Source: Candidatus Bilamarchaeaceae archaeon
GTDB taxonomy: Archaea; Micrarchaeota; Micrarchaeia; Anstonellales; Bilamarchaeaceae
Reading direction: 5' to 3'
Length of the DNA stretch: 64,000 nucleotides
Assembly: GCA_038851325.1 (NCBI GenBank)
Contig: JAWCKZ010000004.1
Span: forward strand, 5,160-69,159
In this document: piece by piece, positions 39,262 to 48,794 of the stretch
Layout of the letters: each line of letters opens with the position of its first letter
How positions within the stretch are numbered: position 1 is the first letter of the stretch
The notes under the pieces: generated by a model
What the model saw: the letters and a program-made list of their open reading frames with translations, nothing else
The model's database searches: none
What the model was told of the DNA's origin: nothing
Position numbers and translations under genes: made by a program

Positions 39262-40599
39262 TTACTTTATAGGTAAGTTATGCACTATTGCCTTTCTTAC
39301 CTCACTTTCAAGGTAAAAGGTGTACAACTCTCTATTTATTTTTAGTGTATAAGACTTTTTTAGTGAAAAAGGAGGGTTTCTCAAAGCCTCGACTGCTTTC
39401 TTTGTTAGCTCATCTATAGTTTTTCCTCGATTCTCATCAGCAAGCTCATTTTTTGTTACGCGTATGTTTATCGTTATGTCTCGCCCAGGGCCTTCATCAC
39501 CCCATTTTGATGAAGGAACTACCGCCTCAGCCATCCTGATATTTTTCTCATCAGATTCTTTTTCTGCGGAGTTGGTAAAAACAGTAACAGTAATAGTCTC
39601 CCTTTTTTCTTCCTTTTTTTCTTCCTCAAGTTTCATACCAGGTACCCTAACCCTTCTCTCTTCCAACCCGGGAATTTCCAGAGGCTGTTCGGGTGGTGCC
39701 GGCTTTTCCTTCGGAGCGGTCACCTTCTCCTCAATTTCTTTAATGTTATCCTTAAGATTTTTAACATCTTCTCGTGTAACAACACCTCCTTCTGCAAGTT
39801 GCTTGTATCCCTCAAGAAGCTTTGCGAGCTTTTTTGTATCTTCTGTACTTTCTGTCTTATTGATCACTTCGATGGATTTTTTAACAGCAGCAAGAAATTC
39901 TTCAACGTCCTCTGGAAGAAGATAGCCATCTTTTGTGGATTTAGCTTTTTCTAATTCCTTTACTTTCTTCATGGCGATTTCAGCATCGATCTTTGTAGCA
40001 TATTTCTCAAAGGTTTTTTTGTTTCCATACGTAAGCTTTCTCTCCTCATACAATCTTTCAACAGCATCAAAAACATACTTATACTTGTACCAAAGTGTTT
40101 TGTACTTTTTAACCTCTTCTTTGTATTTCCCAACCTTCTTCATGAATTCATCGATTTCTTTTTGCTTTAAGTATTTTTTTGGCTCAAGGATAAGAAACGG
40201 AACACCTTTCTCTATTCCGGTGAATGGCCATTGTTTTGGTTTTGCTTCATAGCTTGTCATGATTGAGCGAATAGTTTTTTCTGCTTCTGCAGCGCTCGAT
40301 ATCTTGTCTGCTTCATATAATGCCTTTATTATTATATCGATTCGTACACTGCCGTCTTTTTCCACTAAGTATTTCATCACAAAATCCTTTGAAAGGGTGA
40401 GCACATTCCACATTTCCGTAAACAAAAGTTTGTCTGGATCGTATATCATTGTTTTCCAAACAAGCCTAACATCGCTCAGAAGAACGCCGTTTTTTATGGT
40501 AGCGGAGGTTTTTACATTTTTAGGAAGGCGCGCATATCTTTCCAGCGATATCTCTTCAGCTTTCTTTATCTCCTTTTCTTTTTGTTTCGCATAACCCAT
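39262..40599 (-). CDS. Hypothetical protein
   Basis: 445-aa charged ORF with AGGTTGA RBS. Confidence 0.65.
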   Translation of the reverse strand: MGYAKQKEKEIKKAEEISLERYARLPKNVKTSATIKNGVLLSDVRLVWKTMIYDPDKLLFTEMWNVLTLSKDFVMKYLVEKDGSVRIDIIIKALYEADKISSAAEAEKTIRSIMTSYEAKPKQWPFTGIEKGVPFLILEPKKYLKQKEIDEFMKKVGKYKEEVKKYKTLWYKYKYVFDAVERLYEERKLTYGNKKTFEKYATKIDAEIAMKKVKELEKAKSTKDGYLLPEDVEEFLAAVKKSIEVINKTESTEDTKKLAKLLEGYKQLAEGGVVTREDVKNLKDNIKEIEEKVTAPKEKPAPPEQPLEIPGLEERRVRVPGMKLEEEKKEEKRETITVTVFTNSAEKESDEKNIRMAEAVVPSSKWGDEGPGRDITINIRVTKNELADENRGKTIDELTKKAVEALRNPPFSLKKSYTLKINRELYTFYLESEVRKAIVHNLPIK

Positions 40600-40652
40600 A
40601 AAATCAACCTTTCAAGTAAATAAGTAGTACTGAAAAAGCCTTTAAATATGAT

Positions 40653-41213
40653 ATGTTTAATGTAATGTTCATGGGGGGTTTTGATTACGCTGCACTTAGA
40701 GAAATGCAACGTCAGGAATTGTCCTCTCCGCGTTTAGCAGCACTGGATGAAAACTTTTATACTCAGATAGCACTATTTCTTTCAGAAAAGAAAAATGAGG
40801 CGCTCTCCTCAAATTCCATGCTAAAAGTTCGTGAATATGAAAACTTACAGAGAATAATCGCCTCTATAAAGGAAAAACGAGAGGAAAAAATCCTTTTAAT
40901 GGCACTTCGAGGAGAAAAAATAAATGGGAGTGCAACGCCCGAAGAACTAACACTGTTTAACAATCTAGTGAATGCCCTAAAAGAGTTCAGAGAAAAAATA
41001 ACTGGAACCATCAAAGTGATATCATCGGACGCAACACACGAAAAGAATGAACAAAAGGATGGACTTATGGTAAGGATTATAAAGGACATAGAGGCATATA
41101 AAGGTTTGGACGGAAATGTGTACGGACCGTTTAAGGCTGACACCGTAATTTCCCTTCCAAGAGCCGAGGTGGAATGGCTCGTAAAGGCAAAAATGGCTGA
41201 AATTTCGAGGTGA
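40653..41213 (+). CDS. DNA replication GINS subunit (Gins51/15-like)
   Basis: LDENFY, REEKILLMAL, YKGLDGNVYGPF...LP..EVEWL; precedes L44e as in the conserved archaeal cluster. Confidence 0.85.
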   Translation: MFNVMFMGGFDYAALREMQRQELSSPRLAALDENFYTQIALFLSEKKNEALSSNSMLKVREYENLQRIIASIKEKREEKILLMALRGEKINGSATPEELTLFNNLVNALKEFREKITGTIKVISSDATHEKNEQKDGLMVRIIKDIEAYKGLDGNVYGPFKADTVISLPRAEVEWLVKAKMAEISR

Positions 41214-41503
41214 TTATCATGAAGTTTCCAAAAGAGATTACAGGATTTTGTCCATTCTGTAGGACGCATCAGGTTCATAAGGTAAAGCTTGCGAGCAAGG
41301 GGAGCAGCAGAAGCCTGGCGAGAGGAAATAGAGCATTTGAGAGAAAGCTTCTTGGTCACGGCGGGAAAAGAGCAGGAAAGAAATCAGTTAAGAAACAGGG
41401 AAAAAGACAGAAAGTTATTCTCCAATGCCAAAACTGCAAGAAGAAGCACCAGAGGGTGGTGGGGGCAACCAGGACAACCAAAAAACTTGAGTTAAAGATG
41501 TAG
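41210..41503 (+). CDS. rpl44e: 50S ribosomal protein L44e
   Basis: MKFPK...FCPFCRTH..HKV; CQNC. Confidence 0.93.
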   Translation: MIIMKFPKEITGFCPFCRTHQVHKVKLASKGSSRSLARGNRAFERKLLGHGGKRAGKKSVKKQGKRQKVILQCQNCKKKHQRVVGATRTTKKLELKM

Positions 41504-41511
41504 GTGTTTTT

Positions 41512-41676
41512 ATGGCTTCTAAGTTTCTTAGGGTAAAATGCAAATGCGGAACAGAACGTGTTGTTTTTAACAAATCAACTACGGAGATAAAATGCGACAA
41601 ATGCGGAACGGTTTTAGTTAGTCAAACAGGAGGAAAGGCCGTGATACATGGAGATATCTTAGAGGAGCTTGGCTAG
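41512..41676 (+). CDS. rps27e: 30S ribosomal protein S27e (54 aa, not in ORF track)
   Basis: MASKFLRVKCKCG...CDKCGTVL...TGGKA; synteny. Confidence 0.93.
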   Translation: MASKFLRVKCKCGTERVVFNKSTTEIKCDKCGTVLVSQTGGKAVIHGDILEELG

Positions 41677-41691
41677 AATCGCAATTAAAAG

Positions 41692-42480
41692 TTGGACATA
41701 AACGGTGGTTTATTGGAATTCCCGGAGGAGAACGAACTCGTTATAGCAGTTATCAAAAAAATAGTTCCTTATGGCGCTTTTTGTACACTTTTGGAGTATG
41801 GAAATCTCGAGGCTTTTCTTCACATATCTGAGATTGCCCCCAGATGGATAAAGAATATCCATGAGTTTGTATCAGAAGGGCAACGAGTCGTTGCAAAGGT
41901 GCATCACGTTGATAAAGAAAAAAGGCAAGTTGACATCTCACTTAAAAGAGTTACTGAGGAGGAGAAAAGGAAAAAACTTGAGCAGGTAAATTTTGAGCGA
42001 CGCGCTGAAAGGCTTATAGAGGTTGCAATATCAGGAATTCGCGGAAAAAAGCCCGCGCTTGATGAAATAAAGAAAAAAATTGTAGAAGAGTATGGTGCAC
42101 TCTACCCTATCTTAAAAGAGGTCGCTGAAAAAGGCGAGGAACCTTTAGAAGCGCTTGGGTTCTCAAAACAGTTCCAGACAAAACTTGTTGAGGTTGTAAG
42201 AAAGAACATAAAAAAGCCAACAGTCACAACATCTGGTATAATAACACTAATCTGCTATGGTGGAAATGGAATATCTCTTATAAAGAACGCGCTTGGTAGC
42301 ATTAGAAAAGAAGATGGTGTGGATGTACTTTATCTCGGAGCACCACGCTATAAAATCGTCGTAATTGCAGAGGATTACAAAGCAGGGGAGAAAAAACTTA
42401 CAAATGCCGTAAAGCTTGTTGAAGATTTTGCAAAAAAACATGGCTGCCACTTTGAATTCAAAAAAGAGGAATCCGGATGA
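41692..42480 (+). CDS. eif2a: Translation initiation factor aIF2 alpha
   Basis: S1 domain (YGAF..LLEY, LHISEI, VDISLKRV), YLGAPRY. Likely TTG start at 41713. Confidence 0.95.
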   Translation: MDINGGLLEFPEENELVIAVIKKIVPYGAFCTLLEYGNLEAFLHISEIAPRWIKNIHEFVSEGQRVVAKVHHVDKEKRQVDISLKRVTEEEKRKKLEQVNFERRAERLIEVAISGIRGKKPALDEIKKKIVEEYGALYPILKEVAEKGEEPLEALGFSKQFQTKLVEVVRKNIKKPTVTTSGIITLICYGGNGISLIKNALGSIRKEDGVDVLYLGAPRYKIVVIAEDYKAGEKKLTNAVKLVEDFAKKHGCHFEFKKEESG

Positions 42481-42629
42481 AAAAAATGATGCGTTGCGCT
42501 CTCTGCGGTGCCTACACCCTTTCCGATCTTCATTGCGGCAGCAGGACGGTTTCAGCCCATCCGCCACTCTTCAATCCAACTGATCCTTATGGAAAGTATA
42601 GAAGGGCGTTCAAGGGTGTTTCGCCATGA
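42477..42629 (+). CDS. nop10: H/ACA RNP protein Nop10 (50 aa, not in ORF track)
   Basis: RCALCGAYTL...HPPLFNPTDPYGKYRR; ATGA overlaps at both ends. Confidence 0.92.
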   Translation: MKKMMRCALCGAYTLSDLHCGSRTVSAHPPLFNPTDPYGKYRRAFKGVSP

Positions 42630-43393
42630 AGGAAACAATGATATTTGAACAAAAAAAGATAAAACGAAAGTTAAGAAACCCGATACTTCTTATCGGCTTG
42701 CCCGGCATTGGCCTAATAGGTCAAGTCGTAGGCAAATACATAGTAAAGGAACTTAACGCAAAACAAATCGCTGTTCTTTTCTCACCCTACTTCCCTCACC
42801 AAGTGTTAATGTCAAGAAAGGGCACAATGCGACTTATAAAAAACGCATTTTATATGTACAACGCAAAGAAGTTCGACCTCATTATCCTCGTTGGTGATAT
42901 TCAGGCGATGAGCTCTGTTGGCCAATATGAAGTTGCTGGAAAAATACTCGATTACGCAAAGAAGCTTGGCGTGAAGAAAATAATAGCCGTTGGTGGCTAC
43001 AGCACGGGGGTAGTAACCGAGAAAAGACGAATATTCGGCGTGGTAACCGCTCCGGAGGAAATTAACGAACTTAAAAAGATGGGTGTAGTTTTTGGGGAGG
43101 CAAAGGGTTCGATAGTCGGATCTGCTGGTCTTATTCCAGCACTCGGCGCACTCAGAGGAATAAAAGGGATATGCCTCCTAGGCGAAACACATGGCGGTTA
43201 TGTTGATACAATCACGGCAAAAGAGGTTGTGGCTCTTCTCTCTACCTATCTTGGAATAGAGATAAACCTAAAGAAAATAGATGAACGGGCGAAAAAGAGC
43301 GAGAAGATAATAAAGCGTCTTGAGGAAGAGATAAAAAGGAACATAGAGACCTCTTTTGGCCAAGAGCCATCAAAGATCTCCTATATAAGGTGA
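42626..43393 (+). CDS. PAC2-family proteasome assembly chaperone
   Basis: GLPGIGLIG, FPHQV, GSIVGSAGL, CLLGETHG; synteny after nop10. Confidence 0.88.
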   Translation: MKETMIFEQKKIKRKLRNPILLIGLPGIGLIGQVVGKYIVKELNAKQIAVLFSPYFPHQVLMSRKGTMRLIKNAFYMYNAKKFDLIILVGDIQAMSSVGQYEVAGKILDYAKKLGVKKIIAVGGYSTGVVTEKRRIFGVVTAPEEINELKKMGVVFGEAKGSIVGSAGLIPALGALRGIKGICLLGETHGGYVDTITAKEVVALLSTYLGIEINLKKIDERAKKSEKIIKRLEEEIKRNIETSFGQEPSKISYIR

Positions 43394-43399
43394 GGTCTC

Positions 43400-43834
43400 T
43401 TGAGCAAATATAGATACCCCAGAAGAAAGTTGAAAAGGAGATTGCTCGGACAGGTAACCATAGAGTACATGGTGCTCTCTTTAGTTGTACTGGCAATTTT
43501 GGCTGTTGCTGTGACAACACTAATCCAGATTCAAAACTCCTCTTCGAAGGCGCTTAACAATATCGTGTTCAGAAAGTCTGCGCTCGATCTTCACGGCACG
43601 GTTGAAGAGGTGTGTGCGCTTGGTGAAGGGAACCAGAGGGAAGTCTTCGTCTCTCGTAGCATGGAGGTTGAAAAAAACGCTAAAGAACTGAAATTTAAAA
43701 ATGACACGATAGGAGAGATGTCGCTCGGGCTTATTTGCCCAATTGACATAGAGGTGGATAATCCGCTTTATGGAAACGTTTTGGTTATACACGAAGGAGA
43801 TAAAATAAACATTAACAATATTCAAGGAGGATAA
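43400..43834 (+). CDS. Class III signal peptide (pilin-like) protein
   Basis: KRRLLG^QVTIEY followed by a hydrophobic stretch. Confidence 0.75.
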   Translation: MSKYRYPRRKLKRRLLGQVTIEYMVLSLVVLAILAVAVTTLIQIQNSSSKALNNIVFRKSALDLHGTVEEVCALGEGNQREVFVSRSMEVEKNAKELKFKNDTIGEMSLGLICPIDIEVDNPLYGNVLVIHEGDKININNIQGG

Positions 43835-43835
43835 C

Positions 43836-46061
43836 ATGGTCTCTTCGCACGCTTTCTTTCGCAGTGTGCTCTTTATTCTTGCCGCGCTCTCTATGCTTTC
43901 GTTTGGGGTTCCAACAGATCTCTCTATAGAAATAAATAACGGCGCTCCTTCAACCAACAGTACCGCTGTCGTATTGACGCTGGGGGCAAATGGTGCAGTT
44001 AATTGTAGTCTCTCAAATGACGCCACAAACTACTGCGAACCATTTCCATTCACATCAACCAAGGATTGGAATCTCTCTACTGGGGATGGTCTAAAAACGG
44101 TGTATTTCAAATGTGCAGATATTGATGGGAACTGGAGTGATCCAGTCAACGATACGATCATTCTGAACACAACACAACCAGACAGCATACCGCCATCAGC
44201 CTCCTCAAAAGCTCCAGTAGGAGTTATCACAAACAGAAGGCCGATTATTTCAGCCATAATCTCAGACAGCGGCGGCTCAGGAATAAATAGCTCAAGTATA
44301 GTATTATATCTTGATGAAAGCACAGTAGTCCACTCTTACAATTCCGAAAGCGGAAATGTCTCCTATATAACATCAACTGATCTAAACCTAACGAGCCATA
44401 CTGTTCGTCTGATTGTCTTTGATAACGCTGGGAATATCCTAAACACCTCGTGGACATTTAATATTTCTTCGGTAGGCGTTGGTTTTGCATCCTTACGACC
44501 TGAAAACAATAGCATAGTGGATAAAAGCGATGTTGAGATATCCGTAACGCTGCAAGACATAGGCGGGGGGATAAACTCCTCAACAATAATAATGCGCTTG
44601 GATGATGACCCTGTTGATTTCGATTACTCAAACAACACCAGAAAGGTAACTTACGAAGGGCATCTCGAAGATGGGAATCACACCGTTACGGTTTCCGCTG
44701 CGGATAACAACGGGGTGCGAAGTTCTATAAGTTGGAGCTTTGTAGTCGACACAAAACCCCCGAGCGTAAGACTTTTTGTTCCTGGAAACGGAAGCGTTGT
44801 TAGCAGGGTATATGAGATTTCAGCGGTTGTGGAGGATGACGGGTCTGGCATCAATAAGAATAAAATATTCATGGAGATTAATCGCGTTGATGTCACTCGT
44901 TCTCTAGAGTTTCATGAAACAGATGGAAGAGTGGTGTTTCGCCCCACTGGAGAACTCGCCGGTGGAGAGTACACAGTGGAATTGTGGGTCCGAGATAAAG
45001 CTGAAAACGAAAAATATGTTAGTTGGATATTTAGGATACCGAGCACTGCACCCTCGTTTTCTTACGCCGCACCAAATGATGGCGCAGTTATAGCCAATTC
45101 TACTCCTGAGATATCGGTAGTTATATCAGAAGGAAGCGGTACTGGAATAAATGTAAACTCGATTAAATTTTCACTCGATGGTACTGTCTTCGATGCGGTT
45201 TTCTCTACAACAACAGGAAAGCTCTCTTTCATACCCGGAGAGCCTCTCAGTGATGGCCGGCATATCGTACACGTCGAAGCAAAGAATAACAAGAATGAGC
45301 GAAATGCGATAAACTGGTCGTTCTCCGTAGACACGACGCCTCCTCAGCCACCCACAGATCTCATGTTAAACAAAACCGAAAATGAAACACGTCTTAGGTG
45401 GACTGCCTCGTCTTCACCAGATGTAAATAAATATCTTATCTACGGCTCTTCGATTGGTTTTAATTCAACAACAGGAAGAACGCCCCTCGCAGAACTCAGT
45501 GGTAACAGCACTTCCTATACTCACAACCAAAGCGGAAGATTCTACTATGCAATTGTCGCAGTTGACAGAACGGGTAATCCTTCTTCACCTGTATTTGCCG
45601 GGACGTGTGCGGCGTTCGAAAATGGTATTTGGATTGATTATGAATGCTGCACGGATATCGAGTGCGCTGAGGGCGAGTATTGCGAAGCAACTACGCACAA
45701 ATGTATTTTACCAGAAAAGAGCGTTGGTATAGAAGAGGCAGAAATGACTATCAGCCTGGCAGAATCCGCGATTCAAAATGCGCAGAATGCTGGAAAGAAT
45801 GTAAGTAAGGCTGAGGAATTTCTTTCTCAGGCACGCAATTCGTATAATGCAGGAAATTATAAGGAAACAGAACGATTGGCACGATTAGCAAGGGATGCTG
45901 CAGTGAATGCTCCTCTTTTAGACAATGTCACTGCTGATAATGAAGAAAAGACTGGTGGAAAGAAGCCGCTACCCTGCATACCTTCTTGCATACTGCCCAG
46001 CGTTTTAGCGCTTTATTTAATAAAGGACCGTCAAATTAAAATAGTAAAAAACAAAAAATAA
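43836..46061 (+). CDS. Large secreted surface protein with tandem Ig-like and FN3-like domains
   Basis: Signal peptide; four D.GG.GIN...W.F repeats; FN3-like LRWT..S..DV..Y.IY; Cys cluster; helical stalk; C-terminal PCIPSCILP plus hydrophobic/basic tail. Confidence 0.8.
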   Translation: MVSSHAFFRSVLFILAALSMLSFGVPTDLSIEINNGAPSTNSTAVVLTLGANGAVNCSLSNDATNYCEPFPFTSTKDWNLSTGDGLKTVYFKCADIDGNWSDPVNDTIILNTTQPDSIPPSASSKAPVGVITNRRPIISAIISDSGGSGINSSSIVLYLDESTVVHSYNSESGNVSYITSTDLNLTSHTVRLIVFDNAGNILNTSWTFNISSVGVGFASLRPENNSIVDKSDVEISVTLQDIGGGINSSTIIMRLDDDPVDFDYSNNTRKVTYEGHLEDGNHTVTVSAADNNGVRSSISWSFVVDTKPPSVRLFVPGNGSVVSRVYEISAVVEDDGSGINKNKIFMEINRVDVTRSLEFHETDGRVVFRPTGELAGGEYTVELWVRDKAENEKYVSWIFRIPSTAPSFSYAAPNDGAVIANSTPEISVVISEGSGTGINVNSIKFSLDGTVFDAVFSTTTGKLSFIPGEPLSDGRHIVHVEAKNNKNERNAINWSFSVDTTPPQPPTDLMLNKTENETRLRWTASSSPDVNKYLIYGSSIGFNSTTGRTPLAELSGNSTSYTHNQSGRFYYAIVAVDRTGNPSSPVFAGTCAAFENGIWIDYECCTDIECAEGEYCEATTHKCILPEKSVGIEEAEMTISLAESAIQNAQNAGKNVSKAEEFLSQARNSYNAGNYKETERLARLARDAAVNAPLLDNVTADNEEKTGGKKPLPCIPSCILPSVLALYLIKDRQIKIVKNKK

Positions 46062-46107
46062 ACAAATAGCAGACCGATTAGTTCCTTAAATAATTACGTT
46101 AATTATT

Positions 46108-46269
46108 CTAGAACCTTGGTCTTCGTGGTCTATAGCAATTACTGCAGTAGACCGGTCTTCCTTCTATGGGCTGAAACGGCACCTGGCAAGGCTGCCCGCA
46201 TTTCGCGCAAACCGCGTCATACATCTTCCTTTCACGGTTATAGCCGCTTCCGCCTTCGCTTTCTCCCAT
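46108..46269 (-). CDS. CxxC-x17-CxxC domain protein (53 aa, not in ORF track)
   Basis: MYDAVCAKCGQPCQVPFQPIEGRPVYCSNCY; AGGTGA RBS. Confidence 0.88.
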   Translation of the reverse strand: MGESEGGSGYNRERKMYDAVCAKCGQPCQVPFQPIEGRPVYCSNCYRPRRPRF

Positions 46270-46451
46270 TTATTCACCTACTTTTCACTACCCGTTTATT
46301 AACCAGGCAAAAAAAAGCCACAGTCAACTTTTGGGCATTGTTAGTTATTGGTACACCAGTTATATATAAACCTATGCATTCTGGTATCTTGGTGACAAGT
46401 TCAGTTGAATTGCTTGTCTAGATATTACAAAGGTATTACAAAGGAAAGCTG

Positions 46452-47621
46452 CTAAAGACCTGCTTCTCTTCTAAGAATATCAGCCATATCAGTTCTCTCC
46501 CATGTGAAATCTGGGTCTTCTCGGCCAAAGTGGCCATACGCAGCGGTCTTTTTGTAAATAGGTCTTAGAAGGTTGAGGCGCGCTATCATATCTGCTGGCT
46601 TAAAGGAGAAATGCTTAGAAATAAGCTCCTCTATTTTCTCAATAGGAACTTTATTAGTACCTTTGCAATCTACGTGAATAGAGAGTGGTTTTGCGACTCC
46701 GATGACATAAGCTACTTGTATCTCACATTCATCAGCAAGTCCTGCTGCTACTATGTTCTTTGCTACGTATCGCGCCATGTACGCACCAGAGCGGTCAACC
46801 TTTGAAGGGTCCTTTCCAGAAAAGCATCCTCCGCCATGATGTCCTCGCCCTCCATAGGTGTCCACAATTATTTTTCTCCCAGTAACACCAGAATCGCCGC
46901 TTGGACCACCTATCACAAAACGACCTGTTCCGTTAACGTGAATTATGGTGTTATCATCAAGCCACTTTCCACAAACAGGCCTTATAACATGTTCAACAAT
47001 ATCACGCCTTATTTGCTCAAGTGTTACGTCTGGGTCGTGCTGCGCTGCTATAACCACTGTATGCACTCTTGCAGGCTTATCGTTTACATACTCAACCGTA
47101 ACCTGTGTCTTGCCATCCGGTCTAAGGTAGGTAAGCGTCCTATTTTTTCTAACCTCTGCAAGCCGCATCGCTAGTTGATGCGCAAGTTGAATAGGAAGAG
47201 GCATGAGCTGCGGGGTCTCGTTTGTCGCATACCCAAACATTATTCCTTGATCACCAGCGCCTTGCTCTCGTCCTTCACCAACGTTCACACCTTGTGCGAT
47301 GTCTGGCGATTGTTCGTGAATAGAAACAATTGTTCCACACGAATGACAATCAAACATATATTCGGGAGAGGTATACCCTATCTCTCTTATGACGTTGCGT
47401 GCGACATCTGCAATGTTGACATAACCGGTTGTGGTAACTTCGCCCATGATTATTACGAGTCCGGTAGTAACAGCTGTTTCCACGGCAACGCGTGCTTTCG
47501 GATCTTGTTTCAGCATCTCATCAAGAATTGCATCGCTTATTTGATCGCATATTTTATCTGGGTGTCCTTCTGTTACCGACTCTGAAGAAAAAAGATATCT
47601 TTTTGCCATTTTGTTTATCAC
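46452..47621 (-). CDS. metK: S-adenosylmethionine synthase, bacterial/eukaryotic type
   Basis: [48 protein letters not shown]. Confidence 0.96.
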   Translation of the reverse strand: MINKMAKRYLFSSESVTEGHPDKICDQISDAILDEMLKQDPKARVAVETAVTTGLVIIMGEVTTTGYVNIADVARNVIREIGYTSPEYMFDCHSCGTIVSIHEQSPDIAQGVNVGEGREQGAGDQGIMFGYATNETPQLMPLPIQLAHQLAMRLAEVRKNRTLTYLRPDGKTQVTVEYVNDKPARVHTVVIAAQHDPDVTLEQIRRDIVEHVIRPVCGKWLDDNTIIHVNGTGRFVIGGPSGDSGVTGRKIIVDTYGGRGHHGGGCFSGKDPSKVDRSGAYMARYVAKNIVAAGLADECEIQVAYVIGVAKPLSIHVDCKGTNKVPIEKIEELISKHFSFKPADMIARLNLLRPIYKKTAAYGHFGREDPDFTWERTDMADILRREAGL

Positions 47622-47678
47622 CTTTGCCCTTCCTTTTAATATTTTGAGACATTTTTTTAAAAACCTTTACATAAAAAA

Positions 47679-48245
47679 ATGAAAAAGATGGTGGCAAACA
47701 TGGAAACGCTTGAGGCGATAAGAGCAAGACACTCTGTTCGCGATTATACGAACAAACCTGTTGAGAGAGAAAAGATCTTGGCCATCCTTGACGCAGCGTC
47801 GCGCGCGCCCTCAGGTATGAACAGACAGCCTTGGCACTTTCTTGTACTCACTGAAGAAGAAAGTAGAAAAAAAGCACTCTCTGCGAATAGTATTTATAAT
47901 TCTTGGATGAACAAAGCGCCAGTACTGATTGTTGCTCTTGCTGATAGCAAGGCATTTTATGGAAGAGAGGAACAAAAGACATACTTGTTTGATGTCGGAC
48001 TTGCTGTAGAAAATCTTCTTCTTGCAGCCACAGAACTTGGTCTTGGCGCTTGCGTTACAATAGGCTTTTCAGCTGAAAAATTGCAAAGGGAATTGAACAT
48101 TCCTGAAAGATACATCCCTATCGTGCTTATATCTGTAGGATACGAATCCAAAGAAAAAATAGCTGAGCCTCTAATAAAAGGAATTACACATTCGATAAAC
48201 AAGAAGAAAAACTTTGATGAGGTTGTCTCTTTCGAAAGAATTTAG
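47679..48245 (+). CDS. Nitroreductase family protein
   Basis: RHSVRDY, APSGMNRQPWHF, LLLAATELGLGAC. Confidence 0.92.
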   Translation: MKKMVANMETLEAIRARHSVRDYTNKPVEREKILAILDAASRAPSGMNRQPWHFLVLTEEESRKKALSANSIYNSWMNKAPVLIVALADSKAFYGREEQKTYLFDVGLAVENLLLAATELGLGACVTIGFSAEKLQRELNIPERYIPIVLISVGYESKEKIAEPLIKGITHSINKKKNFDEVVSFERI

Positions 48246-48246
48246 A

Positions 48247-48447
48247 CTATCTTCTCTTTTTCTTGATTTTTGGTTTGGCGCTTTTTCTCTTCACCTTGGC
48301 TATCACTTTTGGCTGTTTCTTCTTTTTTGGAGGAGCGGGTCTAATCGGTTTCTCGCATTTCTTTATTCCCATCTTATACACGTAAGGTCTTGGACAGACT
48401 TCCTTCGTGACTATACAAATTCCATCCTCCAATTTGGGACAAACCAT
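48247..48447 (-). CDS. Small basic protein with four Cys and a Lys/Arg-rich tail
   Basis: MVCPKLEDGIC...VCP...KCEK then PKKKK...KKKRR; GCGGTGG RBS. Confidence 0.6.
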   Translation of the reverse strand: MVCPKLEDGICIVTKEVCPRPYVYKMGIKKCEKPIRPAPPKKKKQPKVIAKVKRKSAKPKIKKKRR

Positions 48448-48456
48448 CCAGACCAC

Positions 48457-48484
48457 CGCTCACTGTTTTTCGCTCACTGTTTTT
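48457..48484. repeat. 14-bp tandem duplication CGCTCACTGTTTTT x2
   Basis: Read directly from sequence. Confidence 0.8.
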
Positions 48485-48485
48485 T

Positions 48486-48695
48486 GCACTCTGGACTCGG
48501 TCGAAAGACAGAGCAACTGAACCGATACAACTTAACCCATCAGTTCAAGTTGTCCTCTCTTTCATGCTACAGAATTAACCTGGCGAGTACGGGTTTCATA
48601 CAGCGAGGTATAGTCCAGTCGCTGTATTAATGGCGTCACTCGACAGAGGTTTCCGCAACATACCTTTTTCCAAGGCACCCGAATTGTCCGCGTGC
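48486..48695 (-). ncRNA. Candidate 210-nt highly structured RNA (unknown family)
   Basis: Closing stem GCAC-GGAC-TCGG / CCGA-GTCC-GTGC, two long arms with G-U pairs on the - strand, TTTATAA box about 24 nt upstream. Confidence 0.6.
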
Positions 48696-48794
48696 GTAGC
48701 ACACTTCTATAGAAAAGATTATAAATTTAATGCATTTTTGTGATATTTCTACATTATTTATGACTAAATATGTTAGTTTTTAATTGATTTAGGA

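Noticed and set aside
46317..46338. GCCCAAAAGTTGA in the CxxC-x17-CxxC leader resembles the hairpin in the tRNA-Glu T-loop intron
   Set aside because: Only about 12 nt of low-complexity similarity; the rest of the motif is absent.
48565..48585. CAGG-N10-AGCA suggesting SRP RNA helix 8
   Set aside because: No GNRA tetraloop or inner stem, and the bases are used in a better long helix. Left as an unknown RNA.
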